The notes under the pieces: generated by a model | Databases searched by the model: none | Seen by the model: only the letters and a program-made list of their open reading frames with translations | What the model was told of the DNA's origin: nothing | Position numbers and translations under genes: made by a program | Source of the DNA: Eledone cirrhosa | Taxonomy: Eukaryota | Length of the DNA stretch: 64,000 bases | Assembly (NCBI GenBank): GCA_964016885.1 | Contig: OZ024741.1 | Span: forward strand, 367,846,001 to 367,910,000 | Direction: 5' to 3' | Part shown: piece by piece, positions 11,621-24,301 of the stretch | How the letters are laid out: the number at the start of each line of letters is the position of its first letter | Position numbering within the stretch: the first letter of the stretch is position 1

Positions 11621-13381
11621 GTAGTTTAGTTTTTCAGGTTTATTTTTTTATTTTTTCCCTTTTCTAATTTTTCTTCGGATTTTGTTAACATCAATGTTTC
11701 CTTGTATCTCGTATCTGGGTTAGTAAGGTAGTCTTTCGTTTAATGCATCACTGAAACGAAAGAATAGAATGAAACTAAACGATATTTGATTTATTAGGAT
11801 GTGTAAAGTCCTAGTGATTTATTAGTAACACTGATGAATCATTGTAATTAATATTAGCCCTTTTGTTACCATATTTCTGATGGAAGCGAAAGACACCGTC
11901 TATAATTTCCAAATACTTCCAAAATAAACAAGAATTTGGATAGATTCAGTAATAAACTTTTTCATTATTAAAATTTAAATGGGAGGGTTTTAGATGAATA
12001 TAAACACTTTAAAACCAACCGTTTTGTATCATAAAATCAAGGACAGTTTCGGGTGATTTGGTATCAAAAAGGTCAATGAATGTAAAATAAATTATGTTCG
12101 ATAATAATGTCTACATTTCATATAAACTACATAACTATATTCTATTGATGAACAACGACTTGTTTGTATGTGTTGTTGCATCGCTCGAGATCAACGAACT
12201 GTAGACCAACTATTGAGTGGTTTAGCAGTTGATTGAGGCACACCAACGATCATACATGCTGAAGTATGATGGGCAATCAAGAGCTCATCTAAGATTGAGC
12301 CATTCTACCATCCCTAGAACTCAGAGGCCCTCTCCATAAACATTCAGTTTCAAGGGGGAAAAAAACCTTTTAGCCGAGCTTTATTGTCAATTATGTACGG
12401 GAATTGCCAAATATCTTTCATATTATTGGTAAATAATAACATATGCACTAGGACTGATTAATTCAACGAAAACCCTTCCACCGCCTTTAAATACATGGTC
12501 TTCAGTCAATGAGATCGGTCTAAATTACTGTATAAAGTAGTTATTTCCCAAGGCGACGAAATGGCAGTCGTTAAGACGTCGGATAGAATGTTTTACGGTA
12601 TTCGTTCCACCTCATTGCGCGCTCTGAGTTCAAATCCCTCTGGGGTCAACTTTTCTATAGAAAAAATCGGCTGTGTTCAGACCTGGAGAGGGTTGGCTCC
12701 GCCAGGTTTGAAAGTGCCCTAGACACGCCGTATGACGGTGCCTCTACGACTCCGCAAGGAGATATGGGATCTTTATCCTCTTATCCTTCAGTCAATGAGA
12801 TCAGTCTAAATTACTTTATAAAGTAGTTATTTTTCCCTTCTTTGAAATTTCGTTTTAATCTCACATTGACCAGAGCAGTATGAACATGTTTTACCCGAGA
12901 TTCGCAATTACTCTCGGGTCCTAAACAATAGGGAAAGGGGAGATAAGCGTGGGGTTTGGGGTTCGACATTTGCTTAAATTCTTATTAGAGGGGTTGTTGG
13001 GTAATCGGTAATTGTAAAGCTGGAAAATTAATAAGCGGAGGGGGGGGGGGGTATTCAAGACCTGAGAATGTCATATAAATAACAAAATTTATGTTCTTGA
13101 GAAAAAAAACAATTTTAATCAAATTCAATCAGATTAAAATAAAGCGTTTTGTGCTGTAATGCACTGGGGTCGATTTAATCGACTTTCCCCTCCCCTTCAA
13201 ATTGTTGGCCTTGTGCCAAATGTAGACAATTATTTTTATATACTGTTCACATTTATATGAGACTGTTTTATGATAATTTGAAAAATCTTTACAAAATAAT
13301 GTATCGTGTATTTTTTAAATAGTTAAGTTCAAATTACGTTTGACTTCGTGCAAAATGTGTCTCTTTCCTTTTACTTTTTAG

Positions 13382-13471
13382 TGTCTTAGCCTTTTGAAAT
13401 ATCTTGGAGCAACCTGCTTAGTGAGTGATGGAGAGGCTGAGGCGCTGTGTGCACAACTAAACACAGAGGAG
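13382..13471 (+). CDS. GEN1: GEN1 coding exon 3 (CLSLLKYLG..GEAEALCAQLN)
   Basis: XPG-I GEAEA catalytic motif; AG/GT bounded; 90 nt. Confidence 0.93.
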
Positions 13472-13635
13472 GTAAACTATAGCTGAATATCATATTGTAG
13501 ATATTAAATCGCTTTTGTTTATTTTATTTATTTATTTTTTTTTAGAATCTCTTAACCAGAACATTTAGCCAATAACATCTAATCAAGATCGTTGTTACTA
13601 TTAAGGCCAACTTTGTCGCCACCTAAGGTGTACAC

Positions 13636-13829
13636 CAGGCATGTCAAACATGCGGCCCTTTACAAGCACACCTGCGGCCCGCGCAAAGGTTTTTACAGCG
13701 CAAGCATGTTTTATCTTCGTAATATAAAATAAAAGATATTAGTTGTAATGTGCGCAATTAGTTGTGTGTTGCCCTGAGACAACACATGACCCATGTGGCC
13801 CTCGGGGGACCCTCAGTTTGATATGCTTG
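13636..13829. mobile_element. hAT (Charlie-like) MITE
   Basis: TIRs CAGGCATGTCAAAC / GTTTGATATGCTTG with subterminal GCGGCCC repeats; TSD not clear. Confidence 0.65.
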
Positions 13830-14149
13830 GTACCTCAGTGTATTACCGGACCTTAAAGGATCAGTTTTATACATTTTTATAAACTCCTTGCTACCAATAA
13901 ATATATCGCTAAACATCTTTACCACATAGCAGCATTAGAGACTTGTCGTATAGTGTTTTGACCTGTTTGGTGTTGGTTAGTGTGGACTGTGTAGCAGAAA
14001 ATACAGCCTTAGTAATATTTTTAGTGTGGTCTGAACAAGACTTGTCAAAAAAAAACTTTGTCGACTTACCAAATTGTAAGTTGGAATTATTTTATTTGGG
14101 ACAAGGGGCCGTACATTATAGGGCTACCTTAGTGTTAAATACCCAATCA

Positions 14150-14299
14150 ACGGCCCTGCTTCTAACCACTTCCTCTTCGCGCCGGTCACTGTCGACACCT
14201 CAGGCGTACTTGGACCCCGTACTGTCAAGCTCCCCGCATAATCAGAATGTCAGCAGCCCGTCTGATGAAGGTGCTCCACGAGGTGAGGTGGCTGTTGCA
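14150..14299 (+). mobile_element. CRE-clade RLE fragment
   Basis: Translates ASNHFLFAPVTVDTSGVLGPRT..PR..WLL, homologous to LETSGVLGPRA..EPRE at 18230-18312. Confidence 0.6.
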
Positions 14300-14550
14300 C
14301 AGCGGCGTGCAGAGCTCTGGTGATGCCCGGGACAAATCTTGATTGTATGCCCTAAAGACTCGAGTATAAGGCCTAATATACTGAGAAATATGAGAAAGGA
14401 AAATATTTTGAATATATAAACACAGATGAAACATGAAATAAACGCTTTATTCGATTTTAATATAAATCAATCAAATTTATTAAGTTCTTTTCCCCAAAGG
14501 ATGCCCGGGGTCATCGCACCGTCGCCCCCCCCCCCCTTTGCACGCTACTG
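14300..14550. mobile_element. hAT-like MITE
   Basis: TIRs CAGCGGCGTGCA / TGCACGCTACTG with subterminal GATGCCCGGG repeats. Confidence 0.55.
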
Positions 14551-14587
14551 CCCATATTATTGAAAGGACTTTTCAATTCTTTTCAAG

Positions 14588-14674
14588 GTTGTTGATGCCT
14601 GCTTTTCATCAGATAGCGACATTTTCCTATATGGCGCCAAGAAAGTATACCGTAACTATTCTAAGGTAAACAAG
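14588..14674 (+). CDS. GEN1: GEN1 coding exon 4 (VVDACFSSDSDIFLYGAKKVYRN)
   Basis: DxD-FLYGA catalytic motif; AG/GT bounded; 87 nt. Confidence 0.93.
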
Positions 14675-14858
14675 GTAAGTGTATAAATATTCCATCCAAT
14701 ACTATATTCATTGTTAAATCAACACTCGTAATTTTTTCAATTAAATCTTTAAACGAAATATAGTGTACTCCCAACACTCGCGGGATTTTCCTTAGAACCT
14801 AACTAATAATTGTTCGTGGAAACCACCACATATTCGTGGAATCGTAAATATCTTTCGC

Positions 14859-14905
<47 letters not shown>

Positions 14906-15439
14906 GGCTTTTTTCGTGGCAATATATATTTTTTCACGCTTTTTAACGCTAAATTATAACAATATACCGTATTTGCCGGCCTATAATTTGTTATATTTTG
15001 ACGTTTATAGGCATTTTTATGGACCATGTCCAATACTCACGGGGGCCTTAGGAACGTAACCCCGCGAATACAGGGGATATAGTTCTAATAATATTCACTT
15101 CCAAACTTTTTTTCTTGTTCTGTTCAGATTCCAACAATAGTAGCTTGACATAAAATTTTATATATTTTCTCGTGCCCTTTGCAAAATATCAGATAGATAT
15201 GGTCCCGGTGAACAGAACTGCAAATGCATTATCCTGGAGGATAACGATGGAGATGAGCACGAAATTATATTTAATTTTAATTATTTGTATTCCAATTGTT
15301 AAAGTTTCATCTTTCGCCTGAGAGAGGGGTATTTGCTAACCAATTGCACCTAAAAATCACATGTTCAGTATGTGATGTATAAAGGTCATACAGGATTAAA
15401 TGTATGAATAACTTTGGAGAAATAATTATTTATGGGGGG

Positions 15440-15665
15440 CAAATGTAAGGTGTATAAAAATATATAATTCATTGAACAATAATAATAAAGGAAAGATAAA
15501 AGAGGGAGGGGGAAATTCACCACAAAGTGCGACAATCGACCGCACCTCACACTTTAGGGGTTAACTTTGAGGCAAGCCAACACGCTCGCAGCATTACCAC
15601 GGGTGATGGCGCGGCTAAGGCGTTGAAATAACCAGGCACCATCACGGGCATCATCTGACACCTCG
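15440..15665 (-). mobile_element. CRE-clade 3' end fragment
   Basis: Minus translation EVSDDARDGAWLFQRLSRAITRGNAASVLACLKVNP*, then a pyrimidine-rich 3' UTR. Confidence 0.8.
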
Positions 15666-15966
15666 TATAGATATTTCAGAACAAATTATTCTTGAAATAT
15701 ATGCAAAGATTGACATAGACAATGTGCTGCAATTCTGACAAAAATAGTTAACTCGTAACTGATTTTACAAAATAAGCGTTTTAAGGTCATTTCTCTGCTA
15801 AAGTAGGGGTTAGCCTTGCTGGTCCTAATTCGAGCTTCGTTTTATCCTATTGTTTACACCCCTTCATGATTCCCACCTCCGGTTTTCGTTTCTTCCCCCA
15901 TCATCAAATTCATTCGACATTTATTTCTATCACAGTTGATTTCATCCTTCCTCAACACATGACCCA

Positions 15967-16186
15967 ACCATCTCATTTCATTTCTATTCCCGACATTCAT
16001 CAATAACTCAATTTTCATCTTCCTTTGCAGTTTATTGATTGTCTTTCTATAGCTGATACTCTGCTCAAGCGCCAAACCATCTCATTTCATTTCTATTCCC
16101 GACATTCATCAATAACTCAATTTTCATCTTCCTTTGCAGTTTATTGATTGTCTTTCTATAGCTGATACTCTGCTCAAGCGCCAAAC
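15967..16186. repeat. ~110-bp tandem duplication inside an old RTE-like fragment (minus)
   Basis: ACCATCTCATTTCATTTCTATTCC...CAAGCGCCAA repeated head-to-tail; the minus strand encodes the MRWLGHVLRK LINE C-terminal motif. Confidence 0.85.
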
Positions 16187-16542
16187 CATTTTCATTTCCA
16201 TTCTTGCCAGCTCTTTCAGCTGTCTTGCGTTCAGCTTGAGAACGCCGTTGACAGAAAGCATTTTAGAACATTTGCATCCTGCTCTTCTCTTTTGTCTTAC
16301 ATTTGTGTTCCACGAATTCTAAATGATAATTTTAGAATATTTTAAAACCGTAACATTTTTGTGACAGGTGGTTAAAGAAGCTGCACAGTTATTATAATAT
16401 GGATTGTTTCTGAGCAAAAATGAGTTTAGAGATTATATTGAATAGGAATAAAAAGTAAATTGAAAGCAAAAAAAGATATTTTATGGCATGTTTATTACTA
16501 TTGAATATTTAACAATATGTAATTTGCTAAATTTATTTCCAG

Positions 16543-16733
16543 CAATGTCTAGTAGAATCGTACGATAGTAAGCGTATCTTAAATGAGTTCGGATTGGAGC
16601 AAAGATCTTTAATTTGTTTGGCTTTATTGATTGGCTGTGACTACGACAACCAAGGTGTGAAAGGAATTGGTTCGAGATATGCTTTGATGTTACTGAAGGA
16701 ACTAAAATCAAGAAACGTGGATGTTTTGGAAAG
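16543..16733 (+). CDS. GEN1: GEN1 coding exon 5 (H2TH: LALLIGCDYDNQGVKGIG)
   Basis: GCDY..GVxGIG helix-turn-helix motif; AG/GT bounded; 191 nt. Confidence 0.93.
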
Positions 16734-17680
16734 GTACCTTTCTGGAATATACAGAATTTGCTTTCTAATATTAATTGAATATTACATAGTTTAAATACTA
16801 AGGCGGTGAATTGGCAGTGCCATTAGAACGTCGGATTAAATGTTGTGGTATTTGTTCCAACTCTTAACACTGAAAATGTAGAACCGCTCCTGCCAGATGT
16901 TGTGGTCAGCCGATAGTGTCAGCAATGGAAAGACCAATGGAAACAGTTTGGATGAGAGGTGGGTAGGGTTACAATCTTAGAAAATTCAATGTCTCAAATA
17001 CATAGCCAATTCGCTATGCATGACATAAACCAGAGGTTCTCAAACTTTTTTGGCCACTGCCCTCAGTCACGTAATACCGCCAACCCTATTTCCAGAGAGA
17101 CCTGCCTACACACAAATTGCAAATAATATATAATAAAATCGTTGATTTATATATAATATAATATATATGTTATATATGACCATTGTGTGTACTTCGGAGA
17201 AACAAAATTCCTGGATATAGTAAAAACTAGACTTTAATTTAAAATCCTTCTAAATTAAAGGTAATAACGCCTTAGTCCATGCTACAACCGTTAGTTTAAA
17301 AACAAAGATCCTTAGTTTGAATCTATTCATGTTTTATGGAAATATCGAATTATGATAGTAGCACACCTAACTGATTGAATCAAAGCATAGATATGGTAAA
17401 GGGCCCTTAAATTCGGATGAAGTTGTGGGGACAGCGTCTTGAGAAACAGCGTATTTGGGGCATTCTAAACCTGGCTGAGCCCATTCCCCTTCGGGCTGGA
17501 ACACAGTTTATTTCTTCCAAATAACCCATGTACTTGACTGATACTTTATTTTTTATTGATCAAATTTGGCCTCGGTTGGATTTGAACTCAAACCACAGTG
17601 AGCCAGTACAAATATTGACACATCTTCAATCCAACGCCTTGACCTCTCTGCCAATTTGCCGCTTTAACCATTGTATAGAC

Positions 17681-17824
17681 CAACGGTCGCCAACCAGTAG
17701 AATTTTGGTGGTCTGCAGAAAAATTTAAATGTATTTATCTTGAGAAAAATTCATATTAGTGGTCCGCTGGATTTAAAATTATGAATTTAGTAGACCGTGA
17801 AGCCCGAAAGGTAGGCGACCGTTG
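17681..17824. mobile_element. hAT MITE with 8-bp TSD
   Basis: TIRs CAACGGTCGCCAACC / GGTAGGCGACCGTTG; TSD GTATAGAC / CTATAGAC. Confidence 0.8.
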
Positions 17825-17899
17825 CTATAGACGTAGACATTAAGAAATATTAAAGATGAACATTTGGAAGTTCTAATTACATTTCTATACTAAATTCAG

Positions 17900-17997
17900 A
17901 ATGTTGTGTTGGAGAAACAATACTGATTTACAGACTCTGACGGAAACACAAGAGGATTTTATTAAAATCAAACATTGCCAGCAATGTTTGCACAAAG
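17900..17997 (+). CDS. GEN1: GEN1 coding exon 6 (RMLCWRN..KHCQQCLHK)
   Basis: Phase-compatible; HCxxCxH motif as in vertebrate GEN1 (HCSVCSHPG). Confidence 0.88.
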
Positions 17998-18017
17998 GTA
18001 ATCACTTCATAACGTTT

Positions 18018-18312
18018 TTATTTTTTTTTTTTGTTTTTTTTTTTGTTTTTTAAACTGAAATTATTTACTGAGCAAAATGAATACATACAATAGTTTACAA
18101 CTTTGCCTATTAATCCGTATGGTGAGCAAATGGGGTCCCACGTGCTGGCCTCCCCCACAGCCCCGGCGGACAGGGTGGAGAAGGCGTTTCCCCGGAGTAT
18201 GGTAAGGGAGATGCGCTGGAAGAGCCGTTCCAACTCGCGAGGCTCACACCTGCGGCTGGTGGTGAATAGGGAGGTAGCCCTAGGGCCAAGGACACCAGAA
18301 GTCTCCAGTCGT
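18018..18312 (-). mobile_element. 5'-truncated CRE-clade element with poly(A) tail
   Basis: LETSGVLGPRA..EPRELERLFQRISLTILRGNAFSTL; poly(T) at 18021-18051 on +; possible TSD CGTTT. Confidence 0.8.
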
Positions 18313-18639
18313 TTGAAGTTTGTCGTATTATCTATATGTTGAAGGACATAGACGCGCGCGCAGTATGACGGTCAGAGAGAGTATCGAGTTTCTTTTTATA
18401 ATACTAGAATTTTTTTCAACAGCTAACGTGCGTGTCTGTATGTGCATATGCACACATATGTATGAGTATATAAATATAGACGCACCAAACACACACTTAC
18501 AAAAATACACTATTGGACATACAACCACACATGCATTCATGCGCGCACACAGCGTAGCAAATGGAACGCCAGATGCTGTTTTGCTATAGTTTTTCACCAT
18601 ACCTTTCCTTCCTTTTACACTCACTCAGAATTTATATAT

Positions 18640-20870
18640 AGATATATTTCTTTATTAGCCACAATGGCGCACAAGAAAAGGGGACAATACAAAGACATTA
18701 CGGAGATTTTTACATAGTCGTGTAAAAAATATAACAAACAATTACAACAATCGAAATCCGCAATAGAGGGGAGGCGCCACAATTGGGTTGTTTAATACCC
18801 CGTCGATAGAACAACCCACAACTCAAGGAGCGTGTTGTACAAGTGCTCCTTTCTTCCTTTTGCTCTCTTCTTTAACCTACAGGCTTATAAACAGAGAAGG
18901 CCCAATCACTCGGGCCATTTTCGCTTCATTCACCCACCTTTCAGTAAATTTACTGGGTTCAGTGCCTCTCTCTCTCCACCCTGATTCTCCTTCTAAAGTG
19001 ATAATAAAGAAGGGAATCAATTGTTGTCCGGAGAGAAAGGCATCTGTCCTCAGTCCTCTCAACCTCGTCCACCATATAACTTCTTTCACCATAGCCACCG
19101 TACAGAGGAAAACCGCCCCTCTTTCGTTTTTGAAAGAGGCTGGCGGTTTGATCCTTACTATGGACTCGGCAGTCAACTGGATTTATCCCATACGCGACAG
19201 CAGTTGTTCTGCATAGTTCCACAGGTCGGTTACGCCCGGGCAGTGTACAATTGCGTGCAGGACTGTTTCAATGTCCTGCGCGCATCTTGGAAGTTGTCCA
19301 TAGGTCCCGGGCGGAAAGTCCTACCAAACAGACTGGTGAGCTCATCGTCTTCGACGCCCAGAGTCTCTCCGAGCACGTCGTCGCCCTTGTAACGTACAAT
19401 CCCTCTATAGAATGTCGAAGTGGAGTCTCCACTGATTGCTGCGCCCGCTTGCCAGAGGACTGTGAGCGCCTGAGCGCATTCAATGTGCCAGGCGCCCATC
19501 GTTTTCGGTCTTTTCTTGACCCAGGACTGCAGCTCCGTCAGCGAGACGAGCTGTGGGGAAAGCCTGTCTCACAAACGGTGCCCACACCGGTTGGGGGTCG
19601 GTTAGGAATACCTGGAGATGCCTCAGCGAATGTTTGCGCATCATCAGCCACGGCATTCCCAGCTCTCCGTTGGAAGGGTGGTGACAGCAGACGGATCTCC
19701 TCACCAGCAGAGCCTGCTTCTTCCACAGAAACTGGAAGAGCATGCATTCCATCTTGGCGAGGTGTTCACTAGGACAAGGCACGACAGTCAAGCGGTAGTA
19801 GATGACGGACGCGATGAAAGTGTTCGCCACCTCCGCTCGACCTTTCAAGGACAGTTTGCACTCTGCCCACTTCTGGGTGAGTACAAACACCTTGGCCGTG
19901 ACCTCGTTCCAGTTTTTCTCCACCTGGAGGTCTGGACTGAACCAGACCCCCGAGCAATTTCACCGGTCCGTCCGTCCAGCGTCCAACGACGCTGTCGGAT
20001 GTCATCGGTTTGCCTCTCCACGTACCGAGTTGCAAACCGACAGACTTGTCCGGGTTTAGTTTTGCTCCCGTCAGTGTTTCGTGTTCTTTTAGTAAGTTGC
20101 CGATCACCCTGATTTCCGAGGTGCTCGACACCATTACTGCCACGTCGTCGGCATAAGCCGACGCCGCTTTGCGCAGTCCCAGTTCTAGAGGGATGCCCTG
20201 CAACAGCTCCAATTTCCGCAGTAGTGGCTCTAGAGTCAATACATACAGAATGGAGGAGAGAGGGCACCCCTGTCGAATGGAATGCGTGATTGCGAACGGC
20301 TCCGATAGGTAGCCGTTCACCTTGACCCTCGAGCAGATGCTGGTGTGCATCGCTTCGATCCATCCTCTGAACACGGGACCGAAACCGGCCGCCTTGAGAA
20401 CCGCTTCCAAGTATCGATGGTCGACCCTATTGAATGCCTTAGACTGATCCAAGTTGATCAGAGCCCCACCGAAGCCGGGTTTACTACCCACCCTCTCTAT
20501 GATGTATCGCATGAGGTGGAGGTTGTCGTGTATGGACTTGGTCGGGATTGCACACGTTTGCGCTTTCCCTACCAGGTTCTCAACAAGCACCAACCTCGTC
20601 GCTAGCACCTTGGCCAAAATCTTTAACTCTGTGTTGAGCAGAGTTATGAGCCTGAAGTTGTTAATTTTGTCCCCCTTGTTCTCGTCTTTCCTGATCAGCG
20701 TTACTACGCTGTTGCCTGAAGAACTGGGAATTCTCCCGTTCTGCTGCCAGTTGCAGTAGACGGCTTCAAGGACGCCAGAGAACAAGTCCGGCATGCCTAT
20801 GTAAAACTCGTAGGGTAGACCATCTAGACCGGGTGACTTGTGTTTCCTGCAGCGGCCCAGAGCGTCCTGT
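18640..20870 (-). mobile_element. 5'-truncated L1/Tx1-clade LINE (RT + C-terminus, frameshifted)
   Basis: SPGLDGLPYEFY, LLNTELKILAK, LDQSKAFNRVDH, RQGCPLS, AYADD, KLSLKGR, GELGMP, FTERW; 3' AATAAAGAAA abutting a (TA) microsatellite. Confidence 0.88.
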
Positions 20871-22667
20871 GTCCGTGATCGGTCTTTCACAGAACTCGGC
20901 GTCTTGGTAGGTGTTTTGATAGAGATGCCTACTGACTGTAGTAGGTTTTTACTTTGTATTTAGGTAAGGCGGGTCTTCTCTATTACTGAGTACCGCCAAA
21001 GGTCTCGGTCCAGTGACATTGTCTTGGAGAGGTGTAAGCGTGTGAGGTCGGAATTTATCAGCTCGTCCCATGTTTTTCTGGGTCTGCCTACTCCGTGGCT
21101 ACCGTCTATCTTTATTGCCCTGCACTTTGTTATACAGCTGTCGTCTTTCATGCGCATCACGTGACCGTACCAACGTAGCCTTCTCTCGAGTAAACAACAT
21201 CTGATCCCTCTTATTTCTAATTTTTTCCTTAGTTCGTTTATGCTTTGCCGTTCACGTATATTACTATTGCACATCCAGCGGAGCATGCAAGCTTCGTTCC
21301 TCTCTAGTCTGCGTATATCCTCTGCACACAATGCCCAGGTCTCACTGCCATGCAGCATTGCTGTTCGTATGCAGGCATCGTATAACCTGCCTTTCATTTT
21401 TAGGGAGAACCCTCTAGCGGCTAATAGTGGTATAAGCTCTCTGAACTTTTTCCATCCAGTTCTGACTCTAGCTACTGTACTTTCAGAGCACCCTCCCCCA
21501 CTGCTGATTTTGTCACCCAGGTAACGGAAGCTGTCCACTATTTCTATAGAACCCTCTGCGCAGTTGAAGGAGCTAGTATTTTGTGGGCACTTGCTGCTAC
21601 TTATTGCACCAGAGCACCGGCCACATGTAAAATCTATGTTCTTAGTTAGCTTACCTGTGATCCCACTACATCTTTTATGCACCCATACTTTGCATTTGGG
21701 ACATAAAATGGAGTTTCTACCTACGCCTTTCCTACACACTGAGCATGGCCATTTCCCAGATGGGACTGCCGCCATATTTTCTTTCCTACAAACTAGAACT
21801 TTAGTCTTAGCCAGGTTAATTTTAAGGCCTTTTGATTCTAGGCCGTGCTTCCATGTTTGGAATTTCTTCTCTAGTTCGGTCATTGATTCAGCTATGAGCG
21901 TTAGATCATCTGCGTATAGGAGTTCCCATGGGCAGCCGGTCTTGAACTCCTCTGTTATAGCCTGAAGGGCAATAATAAATAGTAGGGGGCTAAGAACAGA
22001 GCCCTGATGGACACCAACTTTTACGCTAAACTCTTCACTATATTCGTTGTTAATTCTAACCTTACTGACTGTTTCTTTATACATGGCTTGTATAGCTCTC
22101 ACAAGCCATTCGTCAACACCTAGTTTTCTAAGAGACCACCAGATAATGGAACGGGGGACTCTGTCGAAGGCTTTCTCCAAGTCGACGAAAGCTAAGTATA
22201 GGGGTTTACTTTTAGCTAGGTACTTCTCCTGTAGTTGTCGTACAATGAAAAGAGCGTCTGTGGTACTTTTGCCTGACACAAATCCGAACTGCATTTCATC
22301 TAGATCAATTCTCTCTCTGATTAGTTGCGCTATTACTTTTTCCGTGACCTTCATGACCTGGTCGATTAATTTAATGCCTCTATAGTTACTCCTATCTAGG
22401 GCATCTCCTTTTCCCTTATAGCAGTTAACGATGATGCTGCTACGCCAGTCCTTCGGAACAACCCCATTCTGTACGACTTGGTTAACTATCCGGGTGACCA
22501 TGGTGTGTCCCACCGAACCAGATGCCTTCAGCATCTCAGCAACTATTTCCGAAGGACCAGCCGCCTTACCCGTCTTCATATCTTTGATTGCCTTGCTTAT
22601 TGTACTACCCTGGACTAACACTGCTGGTCCCTCTATTGGGTCGATGTGGGGGAGACTGTCTTTCTCC
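20871..22667 (-). mobile_element. RTE LINE fragment (subfamily C); open RT-PHD-thumb frame 20960-22667; both ends truncated
   Basis: FVDLEKAFDRVP, HQGSVLSP, YADD, PHD CSVC..CPKC..H..C..CGRC, LRWYGHV; no (GAT)n tail. Confidence 0.92.
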
Positions 22668-23354
22668 AACTGTAAAACTAGAAATGTAGTATATAGCATA
22701 AGATGTACTGAAGGACAATGTAAAAATAAGAAAATAGTGTACATAGGTGAGACAGCTCGTAGTATAGGAGAACGGTTAAATGAACACTGGCGAGAACTTC
22801 AAGACAAAAAATAATCATCAATACTCCACCAACATGCTAAAATAGAACATAAGGGCAAATTAGAGAACATAGAAATAAAAATAGAATCTACACACAAAGA
22901 CGCAATGTTTAGACAAATCAGAGGCAATAAACATAAATGAACTACAACCAAATTAAATAGAAAACGTGAATGGAATAGCAACATCGCAACTTACAATTAA
23001 GGACAAAATGAAAACACACACACACATAGAACAAACAACCAACCAGTAACATGTAAATAAACAAACAAACAAATACACACACGGACACCCGGATGTAACA
23101 CATGCGCAAACTAAGCACACAACACAAACAAAAACAAGATGGCGTAGGACAGAACAAAGGAGAGAAACAAAGAAAAGAATCCTAGTCACTGAAGAGGTCA
23201 CAGAATGTGTGACGAAAGAACTTTGACAATATATGAACCGTCCGGTTATGGAACCAACCAACCAACCGGAAATTTATAAATTTAATTTATAATAAATTGG
23301 AGTGAAAGCAACTGGTGCGTGTGTTTCTTATTGGCAACATGACCCTCCCAAAGC

Positions 23355-23360
<6 letters not shown>
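22668..23360 (+). mobile_element. Penelope-like element 3' part: GIY-YIG endonuclease remnant and terminal repeat region
   Basis: NCKTRNVVYSIRC..VYIGETARSIGERLNEH..LHQH..LN (GIY-YIG), then a hammerhead motif and (TA)n. Confidence 0.88.
23185..23227 (+). ncRNA. Minimal type I hammerhead ribozyme (Penelope-associated)
   Basis: GTCA-CTGAAGA-G-GTCACA gaatg TGTGAC-GAAA-GAAC-TT-TGAC: intact CUGANGA/GAAA core with stems I and II. Confidence 0.7.
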
Positions 23361-23391
<31 letters not shown>

Positions 23392-24134
23392 CGTAGATAA
23401 AACCTGTGAAAGAGGGATACGAAGGAACATATGAGAAGTTGTAAAGAATGGCGTCAAGAAATTGAATCTCGTGAAATAGATGACACAAGACCGAGCTGAC
23501 TGGCGATATACTATAATGCAAAAGACCCAGTACAAGTATTGACACTAAAAGAAAAATTGCTGCGAGACCAGAGTCTATAGTGTTTAGCAATCGAAATCAA
23601 ATGGATAGAATATAGAGTTAGAGAGGACTCTTCGGTTAGGATGAGAAAGTAGCAACCTTTTTGGTGCTGATTCCACAATAAGATGCATTCAGAACGCAAT
23701 GTAAACTGTTAGTGTTGGTACCACGATAAAATTCACTGTCTACTCTAACTTCGTAATGCTGGTGTCATGAAAAAAAAGCATCCGTGATGGTGTTATGGAA
23801 AACGCATCCAGCACACCCTGTAAAGTAGTTGGCATCAGGAAGAGCATCCAACTGTAGAAATATGGAATGTAACGAACAAGATTGGTCGCTCAGATCCATC
23901 TGGTCCTGGACCGTGATCATCCGTCCAACCCATGCTAGTGTGCAGTGGGATCGAACCTAGAACCTAATGATTGTAGATGCACGTGTCTGTGGAATACTCA
24001 GCCACTTTCCCATTAATCTCCCAAGCAAACTGTTTCATTGTTTGAACAACTGGAACACTTGTCATCAGAACTGATGGTCTAATAACACTAACAAACAACA
24101 ATAGTATTAAATTCTGAAATATTTTGTTTTTCAG

Positions 24135-24301
24135 TGCACCATCATAGCAAAATCAGATGCAAAAAATGTCGGAGCAAGAAAGGAGCCATAAAAAATTGCA
24201 CTTGCAGTTGTCATGAAACTGTTAAGGAAATAAAATTACATGAAATGGAAATAAAAATCAGACGAAAAGCTCTTTTAGATCCAAAATTTCCATCAGAGAA
24301 A
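24135..24301 (+). CDS. GEN1: GEN1 coding exon 7 (CKKC..CTCSCH..EIKIRRKA..FPSEK)
   Basis: Phase-compatible; matches the CRLC..CPCEWH..ENNIKKKA..FP block. Confidence 0.88.

Noticed and set aside
14261-14290. CTGATGA as a possible hammerhead core
   Set aside because: No stem II/GAAA arrangement follows, and it lies within a CRE coding remnant.
14803-15033. Poly-lysine ORF
   Set aside because: Translation of a poly(T) tract inside a MITE-like repeat.
22668-22744. N-terminus of the 594-aa ORF (MYTIFLFLH..)
   Set aside because: It is antisense Penelope sequence read through a junction, not part of the RTE protein. The first residues of the 373-aa Tx1 ORF are similarly junction-derived.
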